A stretch of 64,000 nt of DNA from Amoebidium appalachense (lineage: Eukaryota; Protista; Ichthyosporea): positions 12,571,445-12,635,444 of the forward strand of contig CAVNZM010000004.1 in NCBI GenBank assembly GCA_963693365.1, given 5' to 3'. The notes below the pieces were generated by a model. The model ran no database searches. It saw only the letters and a program-made list of their open reading frames with translations, and had not been told where the DNA came from. How positions within the stretch are numbered: position 1 is the first letter of the stretch; each line of letters starts with the position of its first letter. A program made the translations under genes and the position numbers. Of this stretch, positions 62,489-64,000 are shown in pieces.

Positions 62489-63175
62489 GTGGGGGCTAAC
62501 AAGACCTGGGCATTTTATTGTGCCGCAAGCAGGGGGGTGTGCGTACACGCATGTGGATCGCTCTGGGTATACTCTGTTCACGGACATGCAGCCATGTTGT
62601 GGCCGCCGCAGATGCCTTGCCCAGCAGGCTTTATTGAATTGTTGCCACGCGAGATGCGGGCGAGGGCAAAGAACCCCCAATCATACGGTCAAGACATACC
62701 CATGTACCTACTCCAATCGTCCAACCTTGAATATGCCAAGTCCGAGCCATGTCGGACGCGCAAAACAACCGGCGAAACCTACACAGTCAAACCCGGAAAG
62801 AGATCTAACATCAAAACCCAAAACAATGTTCCCCAAGGGGAAGACTACTACTTCCGCTTTCTCAGAATGGTTAATAGACGCATGCATACGAGTGACATCC
62901 AACTAGGCACTCCAAGTGCAATAAGGGGTGCTGGTGATACGGCCAATTCGGGGCGATGGGGTGCAATCCACGTCCCCCGCAATGTGAGCGTCTGTAAAGG
63001 GCGGCGGGAATGCTATATGCAGATGCATGTGGGTGACCTCCAAACTCGTCGATTGCGTTCACCAGACGTATGTGGGCTGTGCCTTGATCTCTGTCAAGCG
63101 GTGATGGTAGTGGGATGTGGGGTGGTCGGAGTGTTAGCGGTGTGTTTTTTTGTCTCGTGTGTGGGTTCGTCGTGA
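62489..63175 (+). CDS. Possible hypothetical protein (228-aa ORF; start uncertain)
   Basis: Longest open frame in this interval, but non-ATG start in the track and overlap with the 63094 ORF. No recognisable domain. Confidence 0.3.
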   Translation: MGANKTWAFYCAASRGVCVHACGSLWVYSVHGHAAMLWPPQMPCPAGFIELLPREMRARAKNPQSYGQDIPMYLLQSSNLEYAKSEPCRTRKTTGETYTVKPGKRSNIKTQNNVPQGEDYYFRFLRMVNRRMHTSDIQLGTPSAIRGAGDTANSGRWGAIHVPRNVSVCKGRRECYMQMHVGDLQTRRLRSPDVCGLCLDLCQAVMVVGCGVVGVLAVCFFVSCVGSS

Positions 63176-63642
63176 GGGAGTCTCGCCAATTCCGCGATTG
63201 TGCGCACCTTCGGGGTATTCAAAGTACAACACTTGTCGGCGATTTGGAAGATGGCGTGATTGGCGTCTTGCATGTATGGAACCGTGATAAGACCCACCAC
63301 GGAGACAACCGAGACAAGTCGGGCGAGTTGTGACACAAGCGAGGCGTCCTCCTTCCGCAATAAAAATCTCATCAGGACGTGTCGCATTGGACGCAGTAGA
63401 CTGAAGTCTACCTCTGATATCAGGGCTTGGACACACTCCTTGCAGAAAGCGGCATGGCTGTTCAGCATATCGACATCCGCCCCGTCGATGGCCGACGACA
63501 CGACAACCAAGTCCGGGTTGTCGTCGAACGACCCATAATAAGACTTTACTTCGTCTGTGATACACTTGATGTAGCTTGTTCTGTGCTCCGCAGGAAGCGT
63601 GGCGGGCAGACCATAGAAACTCCGGAAACCGGAGTTCGACAT
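63094..63642 (-). CDS. Hypothetical viral protein (~182 aa)
   Basis: ATG at 63642 (MSNSGFRSFYGLP...), helical globular composition; CCAAT/ATTGG boxes upstream at 63760-63940. Confidence 0.7.
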   Translation of the reverse strand: MSNSGFRSFYGLPATLPAEHRTSYIKCITDEVKSYYGSFDDNPDLVVVSSAIDGADVDMLNSHAAFCKECVQALISEVDFSLLRPMRHVLMRFLLRKEDASLVSQLARLVSVVSVVGLITVPYMQDANHAIFQIADKCCTLNTPKVRTIAELARLPHDEPTHETKKHTANTPTTPHPTTITA

Positions 63643-64000
63643 CGTGATTCGCAAAACTAGAAACGTATTCTGGTAGTCGAATGGATGAATAATGAAGCAT
63701 TGGGTATGCGTCGTTCCTCTTTATACCATTTGATTCAGATGCGTATAAGCAAATGCAAATGATTGGTGTATGATGGCGTTATGTGTGCTGATGTAACCAA
63801 TCGCTGCTCTCCATCCGCATGAATTCCTAGTGTGTGGTATGAGCTCACTTTATCAGGAACCAATGAAAGAAAACGACGAATTGGATTGTAGTGTTTACAT
63901 CTTCAATTCGCATCAAATTTGATAATGATTTGCGCCCAATCAACAACGGCGACTCAAAATTCGGGATGATTCAAAACGGCGACTCAAAATTAGGCGTGTC

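Larger units (their letters stand above)
52200..64000. mobile_element. Left end of an endogenous large DNA virus (giant-virus-like endogenous viral element); continues past the window end
   Basis: After the terminal repeat blocks, introns and microsatellites disappear and ORFs become dense, intronless and mostly co-oriented. They include a penton/minor-capsid-like ORF (60131-61483), an FNIP-like ORF and a CPxCP-repeat lectin. The exact junction is not resolved (somewhere 51.8-52.4 kb). Confidence 0.8.

Overview
Eukaryotic genomic DNA in two very different parts. Positions 1-~51.8 kb are host sequence with microsatellite-packed introns ((CA)n, poly-C/poly-G, (GA)n). Six spliced genes can be reconstructed exon by exon with consistent phases: an ankyrin-repeat + DnaJ protein, a C18orf32/UPF0729-like small protein, an FkbM-family methyltransferase, a secreted S1 protease with a C-terminal EGF module and probable GPI signal, a coiled-coil hypothetical protein, and PP2A activator PTPA. 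There is also one single-exon hypothetical ORF. From ~52.2 kb to the window end the character changes abruptly. A hairpin and three tandem-repeat blocks are followed by tightly packed, intronless, microsatellite-free ORFs, mostly on the minus strand. These include a single-jelly-roll penton/minor-capsid-like protein, an FNIP/LRR-like protein and a CPxCP-stalked bulb-lectin + PAN/apple protein split by a single in-frame TAG. I read this as the left end of an endogenous large DNA virus (giant-virus-like, Varidnaviria) inserted just upstream of PTPA, with host-like CCAAT/CRE promoter motifs and AATAAA signals. A unicellular holozoan host (e.g. an ichthyosporean) is only an inference. A 39-bp TIR element with a perfect 8-bp TSD sits at 2590-2628. 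Most ORF-track entries in the first 52 kb are low-complexity artefacts.
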